Made by a program: the position numbers and the translations under genes
Shown here: positions 13,340-26,348 of the stretch, one piece after another
Layout: every line of letters begins with the position of its first letter
Numbering within the stretch: position 1 is the stretch's first letter
Notes under the pieces: model-generated
What the model saw: only the letters and a program-made list of their open reading frames with translations
What the model was told of the DNA's origin: nothing
Databases searched by the model: none
Assembly: GCF_964355755.1 (NCBI RefSeq)
Contig: NC_092671.1
Coordinates: forward strand, 10,478,001 to 10,542,000
From: Antedon mediterranea
Lineage: Eukaryota > Animalia > Echinodermata
Length of the DNA: 64,000 nt
Direction: 5' to 3'

Positions 13340-15194
13340 CGTATCCGGATATTCACCCCCTGGACATTTACCCCCGGAAAACTACCCCCCGGACAACCAC
13401 CACCTGGACCACTACCCCCTTAGGACAACTACCCCTTTAGGACAACTACCCCCCAAACAAATACCCCCCGGACAACTACCCCCTTAGGACAACTACCCCC
13501 TGGACAACTACCCCCCGGACAATTATCCCCTAGGAACAATTACCCCCGGACAATTATCCCCCCCCCGGGTAATTACCCCGTGGACAACTACCTCTGACAC
13601 AATACTCCCCGTAGGACAAATACTTCCTGGACAATACTCCGAGGGCAAATAATCTTTTAGGACAACTACCTCCGTAGGACAACTAACCCCTGGACAACTA
13701 CCCCCGGACAATTACCCCTAGGAACAATTACCCCCTGACAATTACACCCGGAGAATTACCCCCCCCCCCACCCCCGGGTAATTACCCCGCGGACAACTGC
13801 CTCTGACACAATACTCCCCGTAGGACAACTACCTCCTGGACCTGGACAATACTCCGAGGGCAAATAATCTTTTAGGACAACTACCTCCGTAGGACAACTA
13901 ACCCCTGGACAACTACCACCCAGAAAACTATCCCTTTAGAACAACTACCCCCCGGACGGACAACTACCACCCAGACCATTCAACAACCTGACTCTGCAAC
14001 AGCGTATAATAGGAATTAATAACTATATTTTAATTCGTTACTTTGACGAATTACTATTCATTATTGTAAACAAAAGTAAAAGATTGAACATAAATATAGC
14101 CTGGTATAAACTGAAGATTGTCACACATGATCATAGGATAGTCGAACGTATTATATAGTACTCCCTGTATTTACTGTAAAGACTGGGTTCGCTAATAATA
14201 ATAATAATAATAATTTTTGCGTCAGGACAATGCTTCGATAACCACTGGTCTTAAACGAATTAATTTTTGTCTCAAATTTGTCATTTGTATTTTTGTACAC
14301 TTGAAGAATAATATCACTTTTGATATTTGACCTCAATGTTCACTCACCGAATAAACGGCGATCTTTAAATAAATTCCCCTCAAATAAACGGTGACCATGT
14401 CACTCCCATGACACATCATATGGAATAATCGGCGTCTATTTCCATTAGATTATACCCCCTCCCATTGAATAAACAACTTTCTTCCAATAAATGTCCACCT
14501 AAAAACCACCTAAACAATAAACAGCCCAGGCCGTTTTTTCAATAAATACGAAATATACGAAAAGGGAGACCCACGTACGAAAAGGGAGACCCCACTATAC
14601 GAAAAGGGAGACCCCACTATACGAAAAGGGAGAACCAAATATACGAAATGGGAGACCTAAATATACGAAAAGGGAGACCCACTATAAGAAAAGGGAGACC
14701 CCACTATACGAAAAGAGAGACCACACTTATACGAAAAGGGAGACCCTAATATACGAAAAGGGAGACCCAAATATAGGTCTCCCTTTTCGTATTGGGTCTC
14801 GTGTCAGGTCTCTGGTCTCGGGTCTCTAGTTTCGAAACACCCGTTAAAAACAGATGATTTCATTTTTACAGAAACCGGTCCTATATATTTGTCTACTTTT
14901 GTATTGGAGGGTGGGGGGGGGGGGGGTAGTTGACCAGGGGGTAGTTGACCGGGGGTAGTTGACCGGGGGGTAGTTACCCGGGGGTAGTTATCCTAAGGGG
15001 GTAGTTGTCCTAAGGGGGTAGTTGTCCGGGGGGGTAGTTGTCCGGAGGGTTGTTATCCTAAGGGGGTAGTTGTCCTAAGGGAGCAGTTGTCCGGGGAGTA
15101 GTTGTCCGGGGGGTAGTTGTCCTAAGGGGGTAGTTGTCCGGGTGGTAAACATCCGGTGGGGGGTAACTGTCTAGGGGGTAGGTGTCCTAGAACC
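13340..15194. mobile_element. Foldback-type non-autonomous DNA transposon with arms of GGACAACTACCCC repeats
   Basis: C-rich left arm ~13340-13975 and reverse-complement G-rich right arm ~14920-15194. AGTAAAAC flanks both sides (13320-13327, followed by CAAAAC slippage copies; 15195-15202). Confidence 0.8.
14545..14845. repeat. Nested ATACGAAAAGGGAGACC tandem array (~10 units, ~21-23 bp) plus one inverted unit
   Basis: Direct repeats at 14555-14770; inverted copy GGTCTCCCTTTTCGTAT at 14776-14792. Likely the end of another nested element. Confidence 0.8.
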
Positions 15195-15501
15195 AGTAAA
15201 ACACCGCTTCTGAACTTAGGTGACGGTATAGAGGGCGCTAGTAATTTGTTGACAAACAAGCCAAGATCTACACTATCTTTGAAACAAGTCAGATAACCAC
15301 AAAACACACATGGTCATGATGGATGGACATGTTTGAAACGTAAAGAAACATTTTATTGTAACATTATTGTAATTAATAGGATGTAAGTTAGGTTAGCTAC
15401 TACTACTAAAAGAGGCTAGAGTAGAGGCATATAGTAAAGAAAGTAGCCCCTCTTATAAGTTCTCTACTACACATCACATGTCACCCTACTAGCCTAGCTA
15501 G

Positions 15502-16038
15502 GGTGTCTGATCATTTCGGCCGCCAGTCATTTCGGCCGCCGGTTATGGAATTGCCAAATTCATGAAACGCCAAAAAGGACAAAATATGTATTGTTAATTT
15601 CGGCCGCCAGAATTGTAATTATTCTTGAATATGTATAACACGCCATGTGTGTTAAAATGTTAATATTTTACTAAATAGTGTATTATTAAGCCGAATCGGT
15701 GGTCTTCAATTCCAGAAACAGCAAGCGATATTTATAGCGTGCACATTGCCATCACTACAGTGAATATTAATGATATTTTTTTAATAAGAAGGAGTTGATG
15801 CTGAAGTTTTTAGCCCATTGGACAACTGATCTCTAGTTTAAATGACCATAATTCTCTGTGGCGTTCCATAGACTTGATAAAGTTTTTTTTTTTCACTGTA
15901 ATTCTGTACAGTTATTTCTGGCTATTTCAATTTGGCGCGCCATACCTGGCGGCCGAAATGATCATGCCATATTTTGTCCTTTTTGGAGTTTCATGAATTA
16001 GGTCGTTCCATAACCGGCGGCCGAAATGCACTGTGACC
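15502..16038. mobile_element. Non-autonomous TIR element (CATTTCGGCCGCC arms) with 8-9 bp TSD
   Basis: ~70 bp inverted arms (CATTTCGGCCGCCGGTTATGGAA..TTCATGAAAC.CCAAAAAGGACAAAATATG). (C)CTAGCTAG is duplicated at 15493-15501 and 16038-16046. Confidence 0.85.
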
Positions 16039-16091
16039 CTAGCTAGTAGGTGGTACCGGGTAGTAGCTAGCTAGCTTGGTTATGTTTTATG

Positions 16092-18341
16092 GGAGTATGG
16101 TCGAAGCGGCCGCCAACCAAAGCGGCCGCCAGTTTAATATCGTCATTTGTATGGAACGCCATGTGCGCTTTAATCTTTGATTGTGATTGTTGATTTAAGT
16201 TTGCCTGCCTGCCGATAAATCAATGTATATTTTATTTGTATTTACTATTAACTAATACATAGGCCTCTATCGAAATATATTTTGCCGAATCTTTATATCT
16301 TGTTTACATACTATTGGATCCTTATACAGTATTGCAATAATAATTTACGTATACGGTATTGCCGAATCTTTATATCTCGTTTATATACTATTAAATCCTT
16401 ATACAGTATTGCAATAATAATAATAATTTACGTACGTTATTGCCGAATCTTTATATCTCATTACATACTATCGAATTTTATACAGTCTTGCAATAATAAT
16501 TTACATACGGTATTGCCGAATATTTATATCTCATTTACATTTAACTATCAAATTTTATACAGTATTGCAATAATAATTTACGTACGGTATTGCCGAATAT
16601 TTATATCTCATTTACATTTAACTATCGAATTTTATACAGTATTGCAATAATAATTTACGTACGGTATTGCCGAATATTAATATCTCATTTACATACTATC
16701 GAATTTTATACAGTATTGCATTAATAATTTACGTACGGTATTGCCGAATCTTTATATCACATTTACATGCTATTGAATCTTTATACAGTATATTGCAATA
16801 ATAATTTACGTACGGTATTGCCGAATATTTATATCTCGTTTATATACTATCGAATCTTTATACAGTATTGCATTAATAATTTACGTAAACGGTATTGCCA
16901 AATCTTTATATCTCGTTTACATACTATTGAATCTTTATAGAGTATTGCAATAATAATTTACGTACGGTATTGCCGAATCTTTATATCTCATTTTTACATA
17001 CTATCGAATCTTTATACAGTATTGCATTAATAATTTACGTACGGTATTGCCAAATCTTGATATCTCATTTGACATATGTACTATTGAATCTTTATACAGT
17101 ATTGCATTAATAATTTACGTACGGTATTGCCGAATCTTTATATCTCGTTTACATACTATTGAATCTTTACAGTATTGCATTAATAATTTACGTACGGTAT
17201 TGCCGAATATTTATATCTTGTTTACATACTATCGAATCTTTATACAGTATTGCAATAATAATTTACGTACGGTATTGCCAAATCTTGATATCTCATTTGA
17301 CATATGTACTATTGAATCTTTATACAGTATTGCATTAATAATTTACGTACGGTATTGCCGAATCTTTATATCTCGTTTACATACTATTGAATCTTTACAG
17401 TATTGCATTAATAATTTACGTACGGTATTGCCGAATATTTATATCTTGTTTACATACTATCGAATCTTTATACAGTATTGCAATAATAATTTACGTACGG
17501 TATTGCCGAATATTTATATCTCATTTACAGGTACAGTACTATCGAATCTTGGTTTTTATTATTAGTAATAGGGTGTGTTATACATTTAAGTGTTATTCCA
17601 TTGTAATACATTGTTTGTGTTTTCAATAAAGCAACATGGGACGCGCACCTAATGTGCAGCAGCACTATTGCTGGCCGTCAGTCGAGTTATTAGCAGAAAT
17701 TCGCGTAATTAATTACCGTATCAAACAGACACTTTCATCTTATTTTAGTATTTAAAACTCATTTTCAATTGATCAATATTTAAATATCTGAAGTAATAAA
17801 ATAGTGTAGAATATTAAATAAATTGCTCTCATCATGTTATTGTAATTAAATTATGATTGCGAACACTACTAGTTACTTTACTAATTACTTTACTAATTAA
17901 TTAATATAAAATAACAAATATTTTTAATTATTAATATATTTATATATTTTGATATACTTTATTGATTGGTTTATTTATATATAATTCTTAATAATTGGCT
18001 TATTATTATATTATATTATATTAATATACAATATAAACACCACAATGTATTTTATAGACTTTATTAAACATATCATTTAGAACAGTTAAAATAAGTAATC
18101 ATCGATTCGCCATTTCGTTTAAAAGAACGTACGCGTATCACATTCAATCTGTAAAAAAAAAGAGAATAAGTTACATAATAATGTAGATTGTTATTTACGT
18201 CCGAGGTAAAGAAAACCTGTCGAAACAATGACAATCAAAGATTACAAAACAACGACAATCAAAGCGCACACGGCGTTCCATACAGATTACCGTTATTGAA
18301 CTAGCGGCCGCTTTAGTTGGCGGCCGCTTCGACTGTAATCC
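16092..18341. mobile_element. TIR element with ~100 bp arms enclosing a satellite array; 8 bp TSD
   Basis: GGAGTATGGTCGAAGCGGCCGCCAACCAAAGCGGCCGC on the left matches the reverse complement of the right end, GGATTACAGTCGAAGCGGCCGCCAACTAAAGCGGCCGC. GTTTTATG is duplicated at 16084-16091 and 18342-18349. Confidence 0.88.
16275..17550. repeat. ~74-78 bp satellite, ~17 units, with a 228 bp higher-order duplication
   Basis: Unit TACGTACGGTATTGCCGAATCTTTATATCTCGTTTACATACTATCGAATCTTTATACAGTATTGCAATAATAATT. The variant unit CCAAATCTTGATATC recurs at 17050 and 17278. Confidence 0.92.
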
Positions 18342-18990
18342 GTTTTATGTAGGCCTAGCTAGGGCCTATCACCTAGCTAACTAGGCTAGGGCCAGGCCCA
18401 CACCATAGTCTACAGAGAGAGGGCTTAATATGCTACTAGGCTAAGCCTCGGCCCTACTAGATAGCCTTAGGCCTACTCTACAAAAATAGTAGGTAGGCTA
18501 GTATGTAATAACGTAAGAAAAGGCCTGCCTAGCTCAGGATAGGCCTAGTAGTATTAGTAGAGTAGCCTCTCTATTATTAATCCACTCCTATCTACTACGG
18601 TAGTCTATATTACTAATGAATTAGGACCTGCTAAAACTAACCTACCTAGGCCCGGCATATGTCACATGATGACACTATTCTCTCGACATATAGCCTGACA
18701 AAATTGTAGAAATTATAAACTAAAATGGGCCTACTAGAGACTACCTACACTACCTACACTACAAATTATTTTTTATTTAAATTATGATTTGATATAATTA
18801 TATGGTTTATTGGAATGCAACAATTTGTTTTAAGTAATAAGTAACCCAAACAGCCAACAAGATCCAATTTGTGTGTGTTATTTTGTATTGGTTTACTTAC
18901 TGTCATTTCTTGGTATGATTTGCCTGAAAAAAAAAATGTAAATTGTTGCAGGTATAAATAAAGTGTTATTAGCTCTGTGACCCAATCAAT

Positions 18991-21900
18991 ATGGCTGCTT
19001 CTCACGTTGATCAGAAGAACAAGAATATGGAATTTGTTTGGAGTCTGGACGAGCTTAGTTCTCAAACTTCACTAAAAAATTGTGAACTAAATGTAATATT
19101 TAATCAACAAACTGGACATTTTGCTCAGAGTTATTTAAGAAACAATTGGTTTGCTAACATTGAACAAGTGAGTATAGTATTTCACTTGTTTCATATACAA
19201 AACCATTAACACCATGAAATAGTGCATCTACTGTAATTTGGGACAAACCATTTCAGAATTGGAGTAAATTGTCTCCACACCAAGTTAGTCATTATTCAAT
19301 GTTCATTGTAAGATAATGATATATAGGGGAGCTATGCAAAATTCTGGTTTTTCAAATGAATTAACACCAACACCAATTTAAAACTGTGATAAACAAACAC
19401 CTATTAAATGTTATAGGGCTCACAATTAGTCATCAACTTATTAAACAGCTTGAAGTCATAATAAACGTTTCTTTTGAATCTAAAAACATTGAAAAATTTA
19501 AATATTGTATTAAAATTTCTAGATAATCACAAATAAAATATCTTGGTTTTTTTTTTTGGTTTAGTCATCAAAGCCAGAACTAACAGCAACTGGTTTATTA
19601 GTATTCTCTGTAATATCAGCCTCTCAGGGAAACCACCAACTGCGAGACAGTCTTCAAGTTGCCCTGACGATAATGTCTGCCAAAGATCATGAGAGGTACT
19701 TCCAAAGAATTCCATCGTTGTCACAACATCGGACAATGTTTCGAGGTTATGTTGATCTCTGCTTAAAGTTTGTTAATGTTTGTGACTGTAAATCCGGTGC
19801 TTTAAACAGTGATACAGAAATTGTCACGGTGTGGAGTTCTTTATTGCAACCGTTGGGACAAATGCTTAACTTGTTATTTCAAGGTAAATATATTATTCTT
19901 TATATCTAATCTATCCATCTTTAGCCCCTTCTAGGGAGGGAGGGAGAACTCATGTTGCTGCTCTGCTCAACTATAAGTAGCACCTAAACAGTTTATTACA
20001 TAATGGAGGACCCCTCGCCCCTTACATTTGAAAGTAAAAAGATCACAAATGTTGTGTCGTTATATAATATAAATAAGATGTTAACAGGTTTAAAAACAGA
20101 AATAGGAAAGTTAAAATTCGTAAAGAAATTTCCCCATTATGCTTATTTTTTGTATGTTAATTATTTATTAGTTTTGCCATTGATCATTATTATAACCTAA
20201 TATTTGTATAACTGTTGTTGTACACATGCTTTCAGTGACCTTGGATTTTAATTCTACATTCCAATCTTGTTATTTATTTTTAAAATGTGATTTATTAATA
20301 ATTGAATCTTTGAAACAGCTCTTGCTGTGGATCATAAAAATCAGTGTTGTAATACCATGACATCATCATCTAACACATAAAGTAGATTTCAATGTTAATT
20401 ACAATACTGTTTATATTTTTGAATTCATTTGTTACCTTGTTTTCCACCGAGAAAGATAAAAAGCATATTTTATCCAAGCTGACAATTTGGTGATCGTTGT
20501 AAACATTCAAGGTTTAAACTTTCAATTTCTTTTGTGAGGATTTCATTTAAATTAGTTAGTTTTAGTATTGATATTAAAATACAGAATTTAAATTAAATCC
20601 CTAAAAAACTTTTTTTTTAAAAGGTAATTGAAATTGAAAGTTAATTCCTTGCATGTTTACAGTATATGGTCATCACATTTTCGTATTGCTTGTGAAGATT
20701 TAATGATTTTGTAAGAAAGTGCATCACTATCATTTTGTATTGTATGCTAATTTGCTTCAGTAAGTAAGCGCCAAGCACAGCCGTATTCTTACTTCTGTAT
20801 TGTACAAATTTAATGATTCATATGTTTTGATACTTTAATTTTTAAAATTGGTTTCATAATATCGGGGGCATTAAAACTAATTTGTTTTATTGGAACGTAC
20901 TATATATTGTTAATTAGGTTAACAGCAATTTATTGTCCCAAATTTAGATTTCCAGCTCATTTAAAACGAGACATTATATAATTCTTTTTTAGTTTAAACT
21001 TAGTGTGTAAAGATTACGACATATAGTAATTTGTTATTACTTAATTAGTATTCTCCTTCTCTATTAGTATTAACCTTTCATAAAAAAAAAATAAAAAAAT
21101 TTACCTATAATATCATTGTATTCGAATTAGACTTTAAAAATGATGTCATGACCTTAAATGTATTTTACTTTATTTACTCATTGAAGCGTGTTGTTTCATT
21201 TTCATTTATGGCTCTTGCGTGACAATACATTTCTTCTTGCATGATCCTCTATCATTTGTATTGGTAAACTGTGTCATGCCATTGATAGAAATTTATAATT
21301 GTTGATTGATTGAAGTAGTTCATACAACAATACTTTACTTCTTTTAGATCACCTGCGAAGAACAAGTAACCAGTGGCTAATCAATATTCCTAAACCCAAA
21401 AATCTTGACATCATCATAGAGAGGTTGACATTTTTAAAAGATGATGGTATTTATGAGCAATTTTATAACTATGATTTTGATGGAGATCAGCGATTTAAAA
21501 GTGGCGTTCAGCAAATCATGTCACAATTGAAAAGAGGCAAGGAAGATTCTGGACAGGAGAATCTAGACCTTTTGTTACAAGCTAAGCTGTTCTACTTCTC
21601 AAGGTAATAGAGCACCACTAACACCATTGATTTTTAAATTATTTCCATTGATATAAAAGATATATCCTTGTGTGAATGTACTGTTTATGAGCGTGTTTCA
21701 CTGATAGAGTAGTTTCAATAAATTACATTAAGAACAAAATCTTGATACTTTTAAACAGTTCTTACTGTAGAACCAATTTTCTGCTTGTTTTATAATGTTA
21801 CATTCTGCATTGTTCTTGTTGCTTACTTACTACTAAATTATAAGGAATAAACAAGAAATTGTTTTCTTATTTATTTCTATCTTATATACAGAATCCTCAA

Positions 21901-22833
21901 TAATGGTCTTTTTTTAATGTCGTATTTAAAAAAATATATTATTATTTTGCAATTATTGAACATAATAATAAACGTTCTGAAAATGAAATAATACACATGG
22001 AGGTTTATTTGGTTATTTGGTAATGGTTGTTATAACTGAGTTTTTCCTTTGTAATTGAATTTTAAATAGATATTGAATTTGGTAGTATATTTGTTTTTAA
22101 TATTCATTTTTTTTTATGACAAATTATAAATCTGTAATCATTTCTAATATATTTTGTTTTGGTTAGATTTTACTTTGAAATTGAACTTGAAGGATACGAG
22201 ACATGGCTGAAGGAAAAATGCAAAGAGACATTTGAACCTATCTCTGAAAATGATGTTACAAGTACTGAAGATGAATCAGAAATACTGACAAATGCAACAG
22301 ATTGCAGCAGTGAAGAACAAGTAGTGGAAGGAGATATTATCCCTGAAGAGGAAAATATAGAAGAAAATAGTAGAGAATCTGCAGAGATTATTAAAGAACT
22401 GGAACAAGCGACAGATTTTGAAGAAGAAACACATTTGCTTACAGACGAAGAAAAAGTAAGGAAGTTTGAAGATACAGAAAGGCAACATTTATCGGCTGTA
22501 GGAGGACAAGTAGCAGGCGGAGCAGCAGGGGGAGCAGCAAACAGTGAAATGCTACTTCCTGTTGCTACATCACAGTTGCAGGAAAGTCATTCTTTAGAGC
22601 TACCAAGTGGTCTGAATACAAATTTAGTGACAGACCCAAAACTAGAAGGTGCTGTAGCAATGGAAGAGTCCAGTGATAATAGCAGCTTGTTTGCGCCCTC
22701 GTTCATGCAAATTTTACAACTTGTACAAGAAGGTAAAGATATTCCTGGAGTAGAGGATATTGTGGTGGAACCAACAAACAAACCACCCACTGCATCCAAA
22801 ATGGAACGTACTCCAAAACCATGGGAGCAATGA
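18991..22833 (+). CDS. PEX39: PEX39/C6orf226 (DUF5572)-like peroxin with a long uncharacterised N-terminal extension
   Basis: Exons 18991-19167, 19565-19883, 21348-21603 and 22167-22833 splice in frame (phases 0,1,2). Motifs FYNYDFDGDQRFKSG..LLQAKLFYFSR and C-terminal SFMQILQLVQEGKDIPGV...PTASKMERTPKPWEQ (KPWE) match my recollection of the family. Confidence 0.8.
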
Positions 22834-23314
22834 TTATGAAAAATTATTCTACAGGAATAGAAGAAAAAATATGATACCTGTATTTTACAAAATTATTGCA
22901 TATAATATATATCATATATATCATGAAATATATATATTATTAATATAAAGATGATCTATATAACAGCATGCATCATATTATGGTGTCCTGTTTTGTGGTA
23001 TATTTTATTTTTCCAGCACAACATACTGTCAAAGTAAAGCAATAACCAACCAAAGTTATTTAATAATTGTATAGAAGGTGTATATGTATTTTTAACTTGT
23101 ACAGTAACAATAATCATGTAATTAACTTTATAATTAAGTACTGTGCTAATTATGAAACAAGAAAGAAAGTTAACGTCTTTTTAAAAGATGAATCACTGTT
23201 TATGGTTTTGTACCTGTTCCGTTTTTTGTCTTGTTTTGTCTGGTGTTTCATTTCGCAGTCATTAAATTGTTCCTAGTAAACTAAGCAGTTTGCTGAAGAG
23301 AGTAGTACACATAA

Positions 23315-23510
23315 ATAATGATAATAATAGTACGAATTTGTAACGCGCCAACAGTAAGTGATCAAAGGCGCAGTGTATGAGAGAGCTCAATCTGAAGAAA
23401 AAGATGAGTTTTCAAGGCAGATTTAAAGGCGATAGTAGACGAAAAATAATCTAATAGAGGCGAGTAGGTCATTTCATAAGCGAGAGGCAGCAGAAGTGAA
23501 GGTGCTAAAT
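23315..23510 (-). mobile_element. L2-like LINE 3' end remnant
   Basis: The minus strand reads AFTSAASRL..FKSALKTHLF, followed by a short-repeat ATT-rich tail. Confidence 0.6.
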
Positions 23511-24388
23511 GTGGTGTATTTAAATAACTCTACTTAATTCTACTTTTAAAAGAAAACAGTTTTTAACTCTTTGTTTAATGCGACAGTTTTCTCACCTTTC
23601 TGACCTAATAAAATAATAAATAAATTCAAGGGAATACTAGTAAATTTGTATATATTACATATGTATAATGTAATTGATTTTTTATTCAGTAATGTATTCA
23701 TACAATTAATTAATTGCAATAATAACCATACCAGTACATAGGAATGAATTTCTATTTTATACAAAGAATGCTCAGTTTTTTTTGCTGTATTAACAAAAAA
23801 TATGTGGAGATTCAAATAATCTGACATCAGCCCGTTTTACATTAGTAAATTGCAGGGTGTCATCTTTGTATCAAGAACAGTTTTATTTTATGGTAAACAC
23901 ATCTATAGTATTACATACCATTACTCAATTGACAAGTATTTACATATATACTTCAAAATAAACAAAAATAAATAGTGTAAACATGACAATAGACGACGCC
24001 TCTGCAGTCAGAAAGGCTGCAGGTCGACCTTGCTAAGTATTTCGCTAAAAGGGGGAAAACATCTCACAGGTGAAAATCACATACTATTATGATAATCGAC
24101 AATATGATTTTTACTTTAAACGGTCAACATTGTTGTGAAATAATGTGTTTTTAATCTTGGGCTAAAGGTAGAGTTTCTATTTTTAATCGTAAGCCAAGGG
24201 TAGAATTTCTGTTTTTCATCAATGTACACAACCCTAATAAATGGCCACAATAGTTTTTACAATATTTACAGCTCCTTCGTATATCGCAACATTATTTTGA
24301 TTTGCTGGTATGACAACGCGAAAAAAACATTAAAGCTATGATGATTCAGGGCTTATCGTTTTTCTTTGCACACGTAAACTAGAATGTA

Positions 24389-26348
24389 TTAATTTACTAT
24401 TACGCATACATGTTGTCTATCCATAGTAATGCGACCCTTTACCATATTAACAGCATCACAAATATAAGTACCGCTGTCGCTTTTTTTAATATTTGGTAAA
24501 AGTATTTTTCCATTTATTATTGTTTTATTTAGTAACGTATCACTTCGTGTCCATGTTATATTAGGTGTTGGTATTCCATTCACGACGCAATTTAGGTAAA
24601 CATTCTCTCCAAGATTGAAATATATTTTTCTATCGATTGCAGAATTCGGTTCGATTCTCAAAATGGTTGACGGAACTGAAATGAAACAAAAAATTAGTCC
24701 TGCTTGATTCCCACTACAGACGCAACACCGATTCGACCAATCACAAGCGATGGGTTATTCTGAACTGTTGCTTGTGATTGGTGAACTCGCTTGCGTTTCG
24801 TCTACGTCATTGCGTTGCGTCTATAGTTAGAACCAAAGCTTTAGTCATTATTGTCTTGAATAATCAATTACATTCTGTCAACTCATTGCGTCACAGTCGA
24901 CTATAAATCAAGTTCTGTAAAATCTTACCTAAAACGTTTAGCTTTGGTTGAATATCAAGAAACTTATTTTCAAATTTAGGTTGGATTTGGCAAACGTAAG
25001 TTCCTGCGTCACCTGGTGTTACGTTGAGGATTTGTAAGTTATAAGTTCCTTTTTGCTCATCAACTAAAATCCGAGTATGGTTGTTTACGTCATATCTTTT
25101 ATTAGTAATGTAAAGTACTCGTACTAAAATGAACAAAACAAGTCGTAAAATTCATTCATATGCAAGAAATCAAATTGTAATAATAGTATAATTGTTAAAG
25201 GAGATCAACTTCCTCTGGGACGTACGTATACTGAAAGAACGACAAAATACAGATTTTAAAGATTAGAAACTCACACTATACATACATGTAGTAATTGTTT
25301 TCTAGCATACACACTGAACCGTTTGTTTTACGAGATTGCCGAGAATTACCGTGTTTCAAACCAAGTGTAAGTCTGAGATTGCTGTGCGATATAATATTTA
25401 TAGTGTCTAGCATGATGCGTTGAAACAAATTCCCTCAAATAAAAGTCATAATTGTCACTCTAAAATCTCAGTCAAAGGTGATATGAACGTGTAATATATA
25501 TAACACCATTAAATATAGATTACTATTATTATTGGATCGGCTTGTTTGTAATTCTCAGAAACTTCACTGTCTCCTTAAGAGTCTGCAGCGGCACATGTTT
25601 AAAGATTTTGCCTTAGCACATGATCGAATTTAGTATATTTTTATATACGGTTCTCAAAGTATATAGGCCTACTGTACTGAAAACCAAGTGTATAATGTGT
25701 TTACCATTCAGTGACAAAACAAACAAACTAGTGTAATTTAGCTAATCGTATATAGACCTAAGTAACTTTAAAATATAGTTAAAAAGTATAATTGTTTATA
25801 GCTTACCCCTTTCTTTGTGAAACCACATTACTTTGGAATTATTTGTAAGATTTTTAACATTGCATTTCAGAAGAGCATTTTCACCCAAGCTGGCTTCCAG
25901 TGAGATAGTTCCCCAAATAACTGGACGGCCATCTAAAAAAAATAATGTCATTATGAATATTGACTTGTATTATTCTAATAAAATCATTTTTTTATGACAA
26001 AATGTGACATAATACTAGGTTTTAGATTTGGAAAAAAACTTGGTGTTGACTGACTCGATTCATTCAAAATATTAGAACGAATTTTGCTGATATAGGCCTA
26101 AGTAGACTTCTCGTTGTTTTTATTATAAATATTTTAATGGAAATGCCATAAACAAATAAACTAACCGTTATTTATATCGGGAACTGATGAAGACTCTGTG
26201 CCTTTAGTAGCTTCATTTCGTTTGCACAACTGGATCATGTTATCGCCTTGGTATCTCATATTTGGAGGTAACTGTGTTGCACAAGGATTATCATCCGAAA
26301 GGGAATAGAATTTAGAACCAATTATGATACTCATTTCTCCAGCAAAAC
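24389..26348 (-). CDS. Ig-superfamily protein (V-like + I/C2 domains; lachesin/DIP/IgLON-like), 5' end unresolved
   Basis: Phase-1 exons 26348-26166, 25932-25807, 25123-24929 and 24675-24389. Motifs GENALLKCNV..VMWF, YNLQILNVTPGDAGTYVCQ, LNCVVNGIPTPNITW, DSGTYICDAVN; stop at 24389. Confidence 0.8.

Noticed and set aside
14545-14800. Short direct repeats with variable gaps resembling a CRISPR or iteron array
   Set aside because: The gaps are only a few bp and related to each other; this is an ordinary TE subterminal minisatellite.
16282-17629. ORFs of 80-172 aa and a possible CRISPR-like periodicity
   Set aside because: These are translations of the ~76 bp satellite. There are no unique spacers and no cas genes, and the context is a eukaryotic intron.
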